Below are positions 1 to 9,722 of a stretch of 64,000 nt of DNA, one piece after another (positions within the stretch are counted from its first letter, which is position 1; each line of letters opens with the position of its first letter). The stretch comes from Alphaproteobacteria bacterium. Lineage in GTDB: Bacteria > Pseudomonadota > Alphaproteobacteria > UBA828. The notes beneath the pieces are model-generated. The model had not been told where the DNA came from. It saw only the letters and a program-made list of their open reading frames with translations, and ran no database searches. Made by a program: the position numbers and the translations under genes. The DNA is taken from contig CAXXMU010000002.1 in the NCBI GenBank assembly GCA_963667785.2, forward strand, positions 736,001 to 800,000, given 5' to 3'.

Positions 1-165
1 ATGGGGGCAGACTTTCACGAGCGCGTGCGGGAGGGCTTTCTCGCCCGCGCCCAGGCCGAGCCGGAGCGCTTCGCGGTGGTGGATGCGGCAGCAGACCCGG
101 AGACGGTCGGCCGGGCGATCTTCGAGGTCGTGGCGGCGCGCCTCCCGGTTCCCTCCGATGGCTGA
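1..165 (+). CDS. tmk: Thymidylate kinase, 3' end (partial)
   Basis: Frame 1 reads MGADFHERVREGFLARAQAEPERFAVVDA...SDG*, a typical Tmk C-terminus. It overlaps the holB start as in the conserved tmk-holB-metG-tatD order. Confidence 0.85.
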   Translation: MGADFHERVREGFLARAQAEPERFAVVDAAADPETVGRAIFEVVAARLPVPSDG

Positions 166-1240
166 AAGCGAGACCCCCGCCTTCGCCTGGCCGGCGCCGC
201 GCGAGAACCCGCACCTCGTCGGCCACGAGGCCGCCGCCGACACCCTCGCCGCGGCGTGGCGAAGCGGGCGGCTCGCCCACGCCTGGCTGATCGCGGGCCC
301 GCGCGGCATCGGCAAGGCGACGCTGGCGTACCGCTTCGCCCGCTTTGCGCTGAGCGGCGGCGAGGGCGGCGCCGACGACCTGGCGATGCCGCCCGACCAT
401 CCCGTCTTCCGGCGGGTCGCGGCCGGCGGCCACAGCGATCTCGCCGTCATCGAGCGCGGTCTGGGCGAGCGCGGCCGGCTGCGCGCCGAGATCGTGGTCG
501 ACGACGTGCGCGCGGCCAGCGCCTTTCTCTCGCTCACCGCGGGCGAGGGCGGCTGGCGGGTCGTGGTGGTCGATGCGGCGGAGGAGATGAACCGCAACGC
601 CGCCAACGCGCTCCTCAAGCGCCTGGAGGAGCCTCCCGGCCGGGTGCTCTTCCTCCTCGTGAGTCACGCGCCGAGCCGCCTGCCGGCGACGCTGCGCTCA
701 CGCTGCCGCGTCCTCACCCTGGCGCCGCTCCCGGCGCCGGCGCTGGAGGGGCTGCTCGCGGAAGCGATGCCCGGCCTTGCGGCTGACGAGCGCCGCGTGC
801 TGGGGCTGCTCGCCGAAGGTAGTCCGGGGCGCGCCGCGGCACTGGCGGAGCAGGGCGGGGCTGCACTCTACCGGCGCGTGATCGGGCTCGTCGGCACGCT
901 TCCCGCGCTCGACGCCAAGCCGCTGCACCAGCTTGCCGACGGGCTCGCGGGACGGGACGGGGTGGATCGCCTGCGCACGCTCGCCGAGCTGATCCTCTGG
1001 TGGCTCGGCCGCTCGATTCGCGCCGCAGCACGGGGCGAGCTCGGCACGATGGACGAGGTGGTGCCCGGCGAGAGGGCGAGCGCGGCCATGCTGGACGGAG
1101 CGGCGCTTGATCGCTGGGTCGGCGTGTGGGAAAACCTGCGCCGCTCGTTCGCCGACGCGGACGGGCTCAATCTCGAGCCCAGGCAGGTCCTGATCGGCGC
1201 CTTTACGACGCTGCAGGAGGCCGCGCGGGCGCGGGCCTGA
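158..1240 (+). CDS. holB: DNA polymerase III delta' subunit
   Basis: HAWLIAGPRGIGKAT Walker-A-like, NAANALLKRLEEPP and LPATLRSRC motifs; synteny. ATG at 158 chosen. Confidence 0.93.
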   Translation: MAESETPAFAWPAPRENPHLVGHEAAADTLAAAWRSGRLAHAWLIAGPRGIGKATLAYRFARFALSGGEGGADDLAMPPDHPVFRRVAAGGHSDLAVIERGLGERGRLRAEIVVDDVRAASAFLSLTAGEGGWRVVVVDAAEEMNRNAANALLKRLEEPPGRVLFLLVSHAPSRLPATLRSRCRVLTLAPLPAPALEGLLAEAMPGLAADERRVLGLLAEGSPGRAAALAEQGGAALYRRVIGLVGTLPALDAKPLHQLADGLAGRDGVDRLRTLAELILWWLGRSIRAAARGELGTMDEVVPGERASAAMLDGAALDRWVGVWENLRRSFADADGLNLEPRQVLIGAFTTLQEAARARA

Positions 1241-1263
1241 GCGGCAGGACCGGAGGCGAGCCC

Positions 1264-2823
1264 ATGGCGCCCAGAGCGGCGTACTACCTGAGCACCCCGA
1301 TCTACTACGTGAACGATTCGCCTCATATCGGGCATGCCTACACCTCGCTCGCCTGCGACGTGCTGGCCCGCTTCATGCGGCTCGACGGCCGCGACGTGCT
1401 GTTCCTCACGGGCACCGACGAGCACGGCCAGAAGGTGCAAAAGTCGGCCTCGGCCGCCGGCATGGAGCCGCAGGCGTTCGTCGACGGGGTCTCGGAGCGC
1501 TTCCGCGCCCTCGGCGACGTGATGGGCTACAGCAACGACGATTTCATCCGCACCACCGAGGATCGTCACACGCGCTCCTGCGAGGAGCTGTGGCGCCGCA
1601 TCGCGGCCAACGGCCACATCTATCTCGGCAAGTACGCCGGCTGGTACTCGGTGCGGGAGGAGGCGTTCTACGCCGATTCGGAGGTCACGACGGCGGCCGA
1701 CGGCAGCAAGGTGACGGCGGGCGACGGCTCGCCGGTCGAATGGGTCGAGGAGCCGAGCTACTTCTTCCGCCTCTCCGCCTGGCAGGAGCCGCTGCTCGAG
1801 TTCTACGAAAAGAACCCGGATGCGATCGCGCCGGAGAGCCGGCGCAACGAGGTCATCAGCTTCGTCACGAGCGGGCTGAACGACCTCTCCGTCTCGCGCG
1901 CGAGCCTGACGTGGGGCATCCCCGTGCCGGGCGATCCCGACCACACCATGTATGTGTGGCTCGATGCGCTGACCAACTACATCAGCGGCGCCGGCTTCCC
2001 CGACACTGACTGCGAGACCTGGCGCACCTACTGGCCAGCCGATCTGCACATGGTGGGCAAGGATATCCTGCGCTTCCACGCGGTCTACTGGCCGGCCTTC
2101 CTGATGGCCGCCGGAGTCGAGCCGCCCACGCGCGTCTTCGCCCACGGCTGGTGGACGAACGAGGGCGAGAAGATGTCGAAGTCCCTCGGCAACGTGATCG
2201 ACCCTCACCAGATCGTGGCGCGCTACGGGCTCGACGCCGTCCGCTACTTCCTGCTGCGGGCGCTGCCCTTCGGCAGCGACGGCGACTTCTCGCACCGGGC
2301 GATCGTCGGCCGCATGAACGACGACCTGGCGAACGACTACGGCAACCTGGCGCAGCGGGTGTTGACCATGATCCACCGCAACTGCGACGCCGCCGTGCCG
2401 GAGCCGGGCGCCTTCGAGGCGGCGGACGAGGCCCTGCTCGGCGCCGCCGAGGGGCTGGTGGAGACGGTGAGGGCGGACCTCGGCGCGCAGTCCTTTCATC
2501 GGGCCCTGATCCACGTCTGGGAGGTGGTCGGCCAGGCCAACCGCTACGTCGACGAGCAGGCGCCCTGGGTGCTGCGCAAGTCTGACCCGGCACGGATGGC
2601 GACGGTGCTCTACGTGGTGGCCGAGACGCTGCGGCACCTCGCCGTGCTGACGCTCGCGTTCATGCCGGCCTCGAGCGGGCGCATGCTCGATCAGCTCGGC
2701 GTGCCGGCGGAGGCGCGCACGCTCGCGGCGCTCGGGCCGGAGGGGCGACTCGCGCCCGGAACACCGATCCCGAAGCCCGCGCCGATCTTCCCGCGATACG
2801 AAGAGGATACGGCGGAAACCTGA
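1264..2823 (+). CDS. metG: Methionyl-tRNA synthetase
   Basis: TPIYYVNDSPHIGHAY (HIGH), GTDEHGQK, YVWLDAL, GKDILRFH, KMSKSLGN. Confidence 0.97.
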   Translation: MAPRAAYYLSTPIYYVNDSPHIGHAYTSLACDVLARFMRLDGRDVLFLTGTDEHGQKVQKSASAAGMEPQAFVDGVSERFRALGDVMGYSNDDFIRTTEDRHTRSCEELWRRIAANGHIYLGKYAGWYSVREEAFYADSEVTTAADGSKVTAGDGSPVEWVEEPSYFFRLSAWQEPLLEFYEKNPDAIAPESRRNEVISFVTSGLNDLSVSRASLTWGIPVPGDPDHTMYVWLDALTNYISGAGFPDTDCETWRTYWPADLHMVGKDILRFHAVYWPAFLMAAGVEPPTRVFAHGWWTNEGEKMSKSLGNVIDPHQIVARYGLDAVRYFLLRALPFGSDGDFSHRAIVGRMNDDLANDYGNLAQRVLTMIHRNCDAAVPEPGAFEAADEALLGAAEGLVETVRADLGAQSFHRALIHVWEVVGQANRYVDEQAPWVLRKSDPARMATVLYVVAETLRHLAVLTLAFMPASSGRMLDQLGVPAEARTLAALGPEGRLAPGTPIPKPAPIFPRYEEDTAET

Positions 2824-2841
2824 GGGGAAATATTGCTGCGG

Positions 2842-3636
2842 ATGCTGGTCGACAGCCACTGCCATCTCGACTTCCCCGACTTCGCCGCCGACATCGACGG
2901 CGTGCTCGCGCGCGCGGCCGAAGCCGGGGTCGGCGCCCTGCAGACCATCTGCACGCGGGTGACGCGGTTCGATGCGGTGCGCGGCCTGGCAGAGGCCCAC
3001 CCCCAGGTCTGGTGCTCGGTCGGCATCCATCCGCACCACGTCGCCGAGGAGCCGCCGATCACCGCCGAGCACCTGGTCCGCATGGCCGCCCATCCCAAGG
3101 TGATCGGGATCGGCGAGACCGGGCTGGACTTCCACTACGACAACAGCCCGAGACCCGCGCAGGAAGCCAGTTTCCGCTGCCATATCGCGGCTGCGCGGGA
3201 GACCGGGCTGCCGCTCATCGTGCACACGCGCTCCGCCGATGCGGAGACCTGCCGAATCCTGCGCGAGGAAGCGGGGCAGGGGACCTTCCCCGGCGTCATC
3301 CACTGCTTCAGCGCTGGCCGCGCGGTCGCCGAGACCGCGCTCGAGATCGGCCACTCCATCTCGTTTTCGGGCATCCTCACCTTCAAGAACGCGGACGAGG
3401 TGCGGGCCGTCGCCCGGGACGTGCCGGCAGACCGGCTCCTGGTTGAGACCGACGCGCCCTACCTCGCGCCGGTGCCGCACCGGGGCCGGCGCAACGAGCC
3501 CGCCCATGTGCGCCACACCGCCGCGCGACTCGCCGAGCTGAAGGGCCTGGACGAGGCCGCGCTGGCCTGCGCGACGACCGACAACTTCTTTAGACTCTTC
3601 TCGAAGGCGCACCCAGACAGAACTGTCATGCAATGA
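2842..3636 (+). CDS. tatD: TatD family hydrolase/DNase
   Basis: DSHCHLD, GIHPH, IGETGLDF, IVHTR, VIHCFS, LVETDAPYLAP. Confidence 0.95.
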   Translation: MLVDSHCHLDFPDFAADIDGVLARAAEAGVGALQTICTRVTRFDAVRGLAEAHPQVWCSVGIHPHHVAEEPPITAEHLVRMAAHPKVIGIGETGLDFHYDNSPRPAQEASFRCHIAAARETGLPLIVHTRSADAETCRILREEAGQGTFPGVIHCFSAGRAVAETALEIGHSISFSGILTFKNADEVRAVARDVPADRLLVETDAPYLAPVPHRGRRNEPAHVRHTAARLAELKGLDEAALACATTDNFFRLFSKAHPDRTVMQ

Positions 3637-4415
3637 AAATAACGATCCTCGGCTGTGGCACGTCGAGCGGCGTTCCGATGATCGGCTGCGACTGCGCGGT
3701 GTGCCGCTCGCCCGACCCGCGCAACCGCCGCCGGCGGGTCTCGGCGCTGGTCGAAACGGGTTCGACGCGGCTCCTGATCGACACGCCGCCGGACCTGCAT
3801 GCGCAGCTCGTGGACGCGGGCATCGCGCACCTCGACGCCGTGCTCTACACCCACGGCCATGCCGATCACGTGCACGGAATCGATGACCTGCGCTCGATCA
3901 ATTTCCACACGGGACGGGCGCTCGATGCCTTTGGCTCCGCCGCGACGCTGACGGCCATCCAAAAGCGCTTCGCCTATGTGTTCGAGCCCATGGGCACCAA
4001 GGGATGGGCCAAGCCCAGCCTCAACCCGGTGGTCATCGACGGCCCGTTCGCCGCGGGCGGCGTGGGCGTGACGCCGTTTCCGCAGACCCACGGGCGCGGC
4101 ATCACCACCGGCTACCGGATCGGCGACATGGCGTACTCGACCGACGTGAAGGTGTTGCCGGGAGAGGCGTTCGCGGCGCTCGAGGGGGTCGGGCTCTGGA
4201 TCGTCGACTGTCTCGGCTACCGCGAGCATCCGACGCACGCGCATCTGGACCTGACGCTCGAATGGATCGCACGGGTGCGGCCCAGGCTCGCGGTACTCAC
4301 GCACATGTCCCACCAGTTCGACTACGAGACGCTGCGCGCCAGCTTGCCGGCGGGCGTGGTGCCGGGCCACGACGGGCTCGTCATCGAGATGGAAGATCTC
4401 CAATGCGCCCCGTAA
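3633..4415 (+). CDS. MBL-fold metallohydrolase (PhnP/YycJ-like)
   Basis: LGCGTSSGVP, CxCxxC, THGHADHVHGIDD (HxHxDH), THMSH; ATGA overlap with tatD. Confidence 0.9.
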   Translation: MKITILGCGTSSGVPMIGCDCAVCRSPDPRNRRRRVSALVETGSTRLLIDTPPDLHAQLVDAGIAHLDAVLYTHGHADHVHGIDDLRSINFHTGRALDAFGSAATLTAIQKRFAYVFEPMGTKGWAKPSLNPVVIDGPFAAGGVGVTPFPQTHGRGITTGYRIGDMAYSTDVKVLPGEAFAALEGVGLWIVDCLGYREHPTHAHLDLTLEWIARVRPRLAVLTHMSHQFDYETLRASLPAGVVPGHDGLVIEMEDLQCAP

Positions 4416-4452
4416 GCCGTTGCACCGGTGGGATCTTCTGGGACCACCTAAT

Positions 4453-4480
4453 ATTACCCATAATATATCTTATGCGATTT
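4453..4480 (-). other. dif: dif site (XerC/XerD chromosome dimer resolution site)
   Basis: Minus strand AAATCGCATAA-GATATA-TTATGGGTAAT has 11-6-11 architecture with the CATAA...TTATG inner palindrome of E. coli dif (GGTGCGCATAA-TGTATA-TTATGTTAAAT). It is an isolated AT-rich intergenic patch. Confidence 0.82.
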
Positions 4481-4569
4481 CTCTCACGGACGGTCCCGGC
4501 ATCTCGGGCGGCTCGCGCCTGTTTCCGAACAGCCCCTTCTCGTCCCTCCCGCGCGGCGGCGGTCGAGCC

Positions 4570-5436
4570 ATGAGCGGCGGACCGGCCGCCGGCATCGCAC
4601 GGCTGCTCGAGGTGATGGCGCGGCTGCGCGATCCGGCGGGCGGCTGCCCGTGGGACCTGGAGCAGAGCTTCGAGACCATCGCGCCCTACACCATCGAGGA
4701 AGCCTATGAGGTGGCCGAGGCGATCCGGCTCGGTGACAGGGCCGCGCTCCGCGACGAGCTCGGCGATCTGTTGCTGCAGGTCGTCTTTCACGCGCAGATG
4801 GCGCGCGAGGACGGCAGCTTCGACTTCGACGAGGTAGCAGACGGCATCGCCGAGAAGATGATCCGCCGCCATCCGCATGTCTTCGCCGGCGAGGAAACGG
4901 ACGCCAGGGCCTCGTCCCCCGGGCAGACCCGGGCCTGGGAGGCCCAAAAGGCCGCCGAGCGGGACGCACGCGCGCAGGCCGAAGGCCGGACGCCCAGCGC
5001 GCTCGACGGCGTGGCGCTCGCCCTCCCTGCCCTGCTGCGCGCGGAAAAGCTGCAGAAGCGGGCGGCACGCGTGGGCTTCGACTGGCCGGAGGCCGCGCCG
5101 GTCTTCGACAAGGTGCTTGAGGAAGTGGCGGAGCTCAGGGAAGCAGCGGCTGAGCGAGAACCGGCGGCCATGACCGCCGAACTCGGCGATCTGCTCTTCG
5201 CCTGCGTCAACCTCGCGCGCCATCTGGGCGTTGATCCCGAAGCCGCGCTGCGCGGCGCCAACGCCACATTCACCGCGCGCTTCCGCCATATCGAGGCGGC
5301 GCTGGCGGCATCGGGCCGCACCGCCGACGAGGCTGGTCTCGCCGAGCTGGACCGGCTGTGGGAGGACGCCAAGCGCGCCGAGCGCGGCCCTGCCGGCAAG
5401 ACCCCTCTCGACCCGGCGCAGGGGCAGGGCGACTAG
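4570..5436 (+). CDS. mazG: Nucleoside triphosphate pyrophosphohydrolase
   Basis: RLRDPAGGCPWD, IEEAYEV, ELGDLLLQVVFHAQMA, RRHPHVF, KRAARVGFDW, second ELGDLLF. Confidence 0.95.
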   Translation: MSGGPAAGIARLLEVMARLRDPAGGCPWDLEQSFETIAPYTIEEAYEVAEAIRLGDRAALRDELGDLLLQVVFHAQMAREDGSFDFDEVADGIAEKMIRRHPHVFAGEETDARASSPGQTRAWEAQKAAERDARAQAEGRTPSALDGVALALPALLRAEKLQKRAARVGFDWPEAAPVFDKVLEEVAELREAAAEREPAAMTAELGDLLFACVNLARHLGVDPEAALRGANATFTARFRHIEAALAASGRTADEAGLAELDRLWEDAKRAERGPAGKTPLDPAQGQGD

Positions 5437-5475
5437 CTACCGAGCCGTTCCCTCCCCTGCCGCCGGCGCCGACAC

Positions 5476-8400
5476 TCAGAACCGGGCGCTGACACCGACG
5501 TGAATCCTGTGCTCGGGCGCCGCCCCGAGCCGATGCTCGCCGTAGAGGTCGAGGCTCATGGCGCCGATGTCGTGGCGGATGCCTTCGCGCAGACGCCGCT
5601 CGTCTCCGTCGAGCTGCATCGTGCCGTAAGGCGTCCAGCGGCCCTGCCCCAGGCCCGATGCCAGGACGTAGCCCGCCTGCAGGCGCAGGCCCGAGGAGCC
5701 GCCCGAGGCCTCGTCGCTGCTCCACACCGGCGCATCCGGCACCGGACCCGCCAGCGCATCCACCGACACCGCAAGGCCCCGGCCGTCCGCCGCCTCCCCG
5801 TAGTGCGCCGTCAGCCGCGTCCCCGGGTCCTGCGTCCTCGGGCCGTCCACGCCGGCGCCCGCCTCGCCCGAGCCGCCGGGCCAGAGATGCGTCATCCCGT
5901 CGATCCGGAAGCGGTCGCGCGCATAGCCGAAGCCCGCCATCACCTCGCTGCGCATCGCCACGCCTCGCTCGTCGTCCTCATGGCGTACGCCGAACCCGAT
6001 CCTGGGCGTCCAGCCCCCGCCTTCGAGAGAACGCTCGAACAGCACGCCCGTGCGCAGCCGGCTCGCGTCGCCGGCAAGCGGGCCGAGCCCCGCGCGGCCC
6101 TCCGCCTCGAGCCGCACCAGGAAGCCGTCGGCCGACACCGTCGGCGCAAGGCCCGCCACGAGCGGCGCGAGTCCGTGGCGGCTGCCGAAGGCGAACATCT
6201 GCATCGAGAGGTCGGTCGCGACCGTGCCGACATCGTCGCTCAGCAGGAGCTCCCCCTCGCCCGCGCCCACCAGGCTCCACAGCTCGGTCGCTGCGCCCGG
6301 CGAGAGGTGCAGGTACTGGTATGCGCTCGCGAGCGACGCCTCGAGCGACTCCGACTCCGCGAGGCCGAAGCTGCCCTCGTTCACCGTATCCGAGAACGCC
6401 ACCCCGGCCACGAGCCCGCGGCCGAAGTCCCGCTCGAAGCCGAGGAAGCGGCTCTCGTCGATGCCCTCGGTGCCGCGGGCCTCGCCCCAGGCGCGCATCT
6501 CCTCGCCCACGGCGACATCGAAGCGGCTGCCGTGCAGGAACTCGCGCCAGCTGCCCGCGCGCTCCGGCCCCTCGAGGCCCGCCGGCTCCGGGCCAGCCCC
6601 GGCGAAGGAGAGCTCGCCAAGCGGGGATGCCGCCGTATCGGCCACGCCGGTCGCGAACGAGACCGGCTGGCCCGCGAGCGTCAGCGACGAGCCGCCCAGC
6701 GACCGACCCCGGCTGCTCATCGCCGCCACGGCGGACATGCCGAGGGACCGCGCCGCCTGCGACAGCGCCTGGGAGCCGGCCTCAAAGCGCGATGTCTCCG
6801 TGCTCTGGCTGGACGAGCTCCCGGTGAACGTGAAGTCGGTCACGTGTCGTCTTATTCCGCGATCGGTCGGATCGAGCTGGCCGCTGTGGGTTCCGGTGAG
6901 CCGAGTCCCGCGGAAGATCCTGACGGTGTAGCCGGCAGGAACGACTCCACGGAAGTAATTGACTCGGACGGTATAGCGCCCGGACGGCGCTCCGTTCGGC
7001 CACGCGATGTTCTCCGCGTTCGGGCTGTTCGGCGGGGTTCCGTTCCCCCTGTCGTCGATGTCCCACTCGCCCGTAAAGCCCCGGCAGGTGTTCCTGTCGC
7101 CCTCCCTGTAGCCCAGTGTCTGGCCACATGGATTCGTGACGTAGAGGTCGAGGTCGACGTCGGCGGTCCACGTAATGTTGACCCGCACGTCACCGCTCAT
7201 GCCGACGATGATCTCTTCGAGAAGGCGCAGGTGCAGGGTGTAGGGCCCGGTACGGCCGCCGGCGCCCGTCACCCGGACGCAGTAGGTGCCGCCGGAGACG
7301 CTCTGCTCGATGAGGAAGTTGCTGCCGCTGCCCCCGTTGTCGTCGCTGGCGAGCGTCGTACCGCCGGTGCTTTCCACGCGGCCGACGGTATCGGTGGTGC
7401 CGCTGGTGAAGGCCCGCAGCCTGCCGGCGCCGACGGTGACCCGGTAATAGTCCGTATCGCCCGCCGTCAGCTCGCCGTCTCGCTGCAGTTCGATGGACGT
7501 GGTCGAGCCCAGGTCGACGGCGGTGCCGCCAGTGCACGTGTCGCCATGATCGTCGCCGCCGCTCGGGGTCGCGTTGAAGCGCACGTGCAGGGTGTAAGGC
7601 CCGGCCGTACTCGCACTGATGCGGCCTCGAACATCGACGTAGTACGTCCCTGCGGAAACGTCATGCTCGATCCGGAAGTTGTTGCCGCTGCCTTCATCGT
7701 TGCTTTGGGCCAGCAGCGTTTGGCGGCTGTCCCTCAGGCGGCCGACGGTATCGGTGCTGCCGCTGCTGTAGACCGTCAGTCTGCCGGGCCGATCCACGAC
7801 GATCCGGAACCAGTCCTCGTCGCCGGCGGTCAGCTCGCCGGACGTGTCCGACGTCGTGGTGACGATCGTGGCGTCCGACGGTCTTTCGCCGTGGTCATCG
7901 ACCGTCGGGGCGGGCGTGAAGCGCACGTGCAGGGTGTAGGACCCGACCGTGCTGGCACCGTAACGGCCCAGCACCTCGACGTAATAGGTGCCGGCAAAGA
8001 CGTCGTACTCGATCCGGAAGTTGCTGCCGGTGCCCCCATCGTTGTCATAGGCAAGCTGATTGCCGCGAGCGTTCTCCAGGCGACCGACGGTATCGGTGCT
8101 GCCGCTGGTGTAGACCGTCAGTCTGCCCGGCTGATCCACGGCGACCCGGAACCAGTCCCTGTCGCCGATCGTCACCTCTCCGGGCGTGTCCGACGTCGTG
8201 GTGATGACCGTGGCGTCCGACGGCCTGTCGCCGTGGTCGGTGCCCGTCGAGGCGGGTGCAAAGCGCACGTGCAGGGTGAAGGACCCGAAACTGGTGCTGA
8301 ACCGGGGGCCCGACGTCACCCGCACGTAATACGTGCCGGCCGCGACGTCGCGCACGATTCGGAAGTTGTTGCCGCTGCCCCCGTTGTCGTCGCTGGCCAG

Positions 8401-9414
8401 CGCGGAGCCGCCGGAATCCTCCAGGCGACCGACGGTATCGGTGCCGCCGCTGGTATAGACAGTCAGTTCGCCGGGACGATCCAAGACGACCCGGAAATAG
8501 TCCACATCGCCGCTCGTCAACAGGCTGTCCGTGTCCGACCCCGTCTCGACGAGCGAAGCGGATTGCCGCGAGTCGCCGTGGTCGGCGCCTCCCGGCGTGA
8601 AGTTCACGTTGAGGGTGTAGTCGGGCGTCCTGCCTGCGAAATCCGCGGTCACCCGGATATAGTAGGTGCCGGCGGTGATGTCGCGAATCATCCGGAAGTT
8701 GCGGTTGGAACCCCCACAGCAGTAGTCGTCCAACAGCCCGCCGTTGGCGTCATACAGGCGGCCAGAGGTATCGTGGCTGCCGCTGGTGTGGGCATCCAGC
8801 CTGCCGGCCACGTCCACCGTGAACCGGAACCAGTCCTCGTCGCCTCGCGTCAAATTGCCCGCCGTGACCGATCCCGGCGCGATGGGCGTGGCGGTTTGCC
8901 GCGTGTCCCCATGGATGTCGCCCGGTGTGGAGGTGGAGGTAAAGCGCACGTGCAGGGTGTAGGGCCCGCTCGCGCGGCCGCCGTGGCCCCGCACCCGGAC
9001 GTAATGGGTGAGGTCCCTGACGCTCGTCTCGATCCGGAAGTTGAGGCCTGAGCCTCCATCGCCGTCTTCGCTTACAACTCTTTGGAATTCGTCATACAGT
9101 TGACCCTGGGTATCCGTGCCGCCGGTTGTGTAGACCAAGAGCGTGCCTTCCCGGTTCAGGGGGATCTCGAACCAATCCTCGTCGCCAGACGTCAACACGC
9201 CGGATGTGCTCGAGTCCGGCGCAACGCGCGTGGCGGTTCTCAACCCGTCGCCATGGTCGTCGCGAACGGTCGGCCCTCCGCCGGAGCCGTCTCCGCCGCC
9301 CCCGCCGCCGCAGGCGGTCAGGCCGAGGCTGAGCGCGATCACCATGGCTGCCAAGGCCGCACAGGTCGAACGGCTGAACGGTATCGGAGGCGAACATTTC
9401 GGGAGGAAGGGCAT
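5476..9414 (-). CDS. Large surface lipoprotein/autotransporter-like protein: six PPC-like repeats, YfaP/DUF2135-like domain, C-terminal beta-barrel-like region
   Basis: Lipobox LGLTAC plus Gly linker; six repeats starting (D/x)DHG(D/E) and ending YTL(H/N)(V/L)xF/L; DVRVNITW..DVDLDLYVTNP...ENIAW...GRYTVRVNYF domain; amphipathic strands ending ...HVGVSARF. Confidence 0.8.
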   Translation of the reverse strand: MPFLPKCSPPIPFSRSTCAALAAMVIALSLGLTACGGGGGGDGSGGGPTVRDDHGDGLRTATRVAPDSSTSGVLTSGDEDWFEIPLNREGTLLVYTTGGTDTQGQLYDEFQRVVSEDGDGGSGLNFRIETSVRDLTHYVRVRGHGGRASGPYTLHVRFTSTSTPGDIHGDTRQTATPIAPGSVTAGNLTRGDEDWFRFTVDVAGRLDAHTSGSHDTSGRLYDANGGLLDDYCCGGSNRNFRMIRDITAGTYYIRVTADFAGRTPDYTLNVNFTPGGADHGDSRQSASLVETGSDTDSLLTSGDVDYFRVVLDRPGELTVYTSGGTDTVGRLEDSGGSALASDDNGGSGNNFRIVRDVAAGTYYVRVTSGPRFSTSFGSFTLHVRFAPASTGTDHGDRPSDATVITTTSDTPGEVTIGDRDWFRVAVDQPGRLTVYTSGSTDTVGRLENARGNQLAYDNDGGTGSNFRIEYDVFAGTYYVEVLGRYGASTVGSYTLHVRFTPAPTVDDHGERPSDATIVTTTSDTSGELTAGDEDWFRIVVDRPGRLTVYSSGSTDTVGRLRDSRQTLLAQSNDEGSGNNFRIEHDVSAGTYYVDVRGRISASTAGPYTLHVRFNATPSGGDDHGDTCTGGTAVDLGSTTSIELQRDGELTAGDTDYYRVTVGAGRLRAFTSGTTDTVGRVESTGGTTLASDDNGGSGSNFLIEQSVSGGTYCVRVTGAGGRTGPYTLHLRLLEEIIVGMSGDVRVNITWTADVDLDLYVTNPCGQTLGYREGDRNTCRGFTGEWDIDDRGNGTPPNSPNAENIAWPNGAPSGRYTVRVNYFRGVVPAGYTVRIFRGTRLTGTHSGQLDPTDRGIRRHVTDFTFTGSSSSQSTETSRFEAGSQALSQAARSLGMSAVAAMSSRGRSLGGSSLTLAGQPVSFATGVADTAASPLGELSFAGAGPEPAGLEGPERAGSWREFLHGSRFDVAVGEEMRAWGEARGTEGIDESRFLGFERDFGRGLVAGVAFSDTVNEGSFGLAESESLEASLASAYQYLHLSPGAATELWSLVGAGEGELLLSDDVGTVATDLSMQMFAFGSRHGLAPLVAGLAPTVSADGFLVRLEAEGRAGLGPLAGDASRLRTGVLFERSLEGGGWTPRIGFGVRHEDDERGVAMRSEVMAGFGYARDRFRIDGMTHLWPGGSGEAGAGVDGPRTQDPGTRLTAHYGEAADGRGLAVSVDALAGPVPDAPVWSSDEASGGSSGLRLQAGYVLASGLGQGRWTPYGTMQLDGDERRLREGIRHDIGAMSLDLYGEHRLGAAPEHRIHVGVSARF
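7220..9265 (-). repeat. Six intragenic tandem domain repeats (~340-350 bp period)
   Basis: Recurrent DNA blocks such as gcgcacgtgcagggtgta, ccggaagttg and gacggtatcggtgc recur at regular spacing. Confidence 0.8.
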
Positions 9415-9439
9415 GGTGCTTGCCTCGATATGGCTAACT

Positions 9440-9509
9440 TGATCTGTCAGATCACAGGGTCATGAAGCGCGCGTCTGCCGATATCGAGCGGAAATCTTCC
9501 GATTTCCGC
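9440..9509. promoter_or_regulatory. Two perfect inverted repeats upstream of the surface protein gene (candidate operators)
   Basis: TGATCTG-T-CAGATCA (9440-9454) and GCGGAAATC-TTCC-GATTTCCGC (9488-9509) in an AT-richer intergenic region. Confidence 0.45.
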
Positions 9510-9722
9510 AAAAGACGTCGCAGCATACATAAGTAGAGGGAATGTGCTTTGCGATCTAACATTGGACTTTTTTGATATAGCATGAAAGCGCAGCCGCTGC
9601 CAACGCGGCTGCCCGAGCGCGTGGCGACCCCTCTATGGCCGGGGACGCGGCGGTGGATTAACCCAGCGATTTCGGTGGAGTCGGGCCGGCGTACGAGCCC
9701 CCGCCCGGCAGCCGCGGGCCGC

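Noticed and set aside
868-3633. 921-aa minus-strand ORF and the many other long overlapping ORFs (e.g. 5500..9051, 9917..12076, 36579..39002, 61716..63494)
   Set aside because: Antisense or off-frame shadows of well-supported genes; expected at this GC content, Arg/Ala/Pro-rich and without family motifs.
7220-9265. Regularly spaced repeats as CRISPR or DGR template
   Set aside because: They are in-frame protein domain repeats; no reverse transcriptase is present and I saw no adenine-specific variation.
9439-9455. FNR/FixK box
   Set aside because: TTGAT and ATCAC are separated by 7 nt rather than 4.
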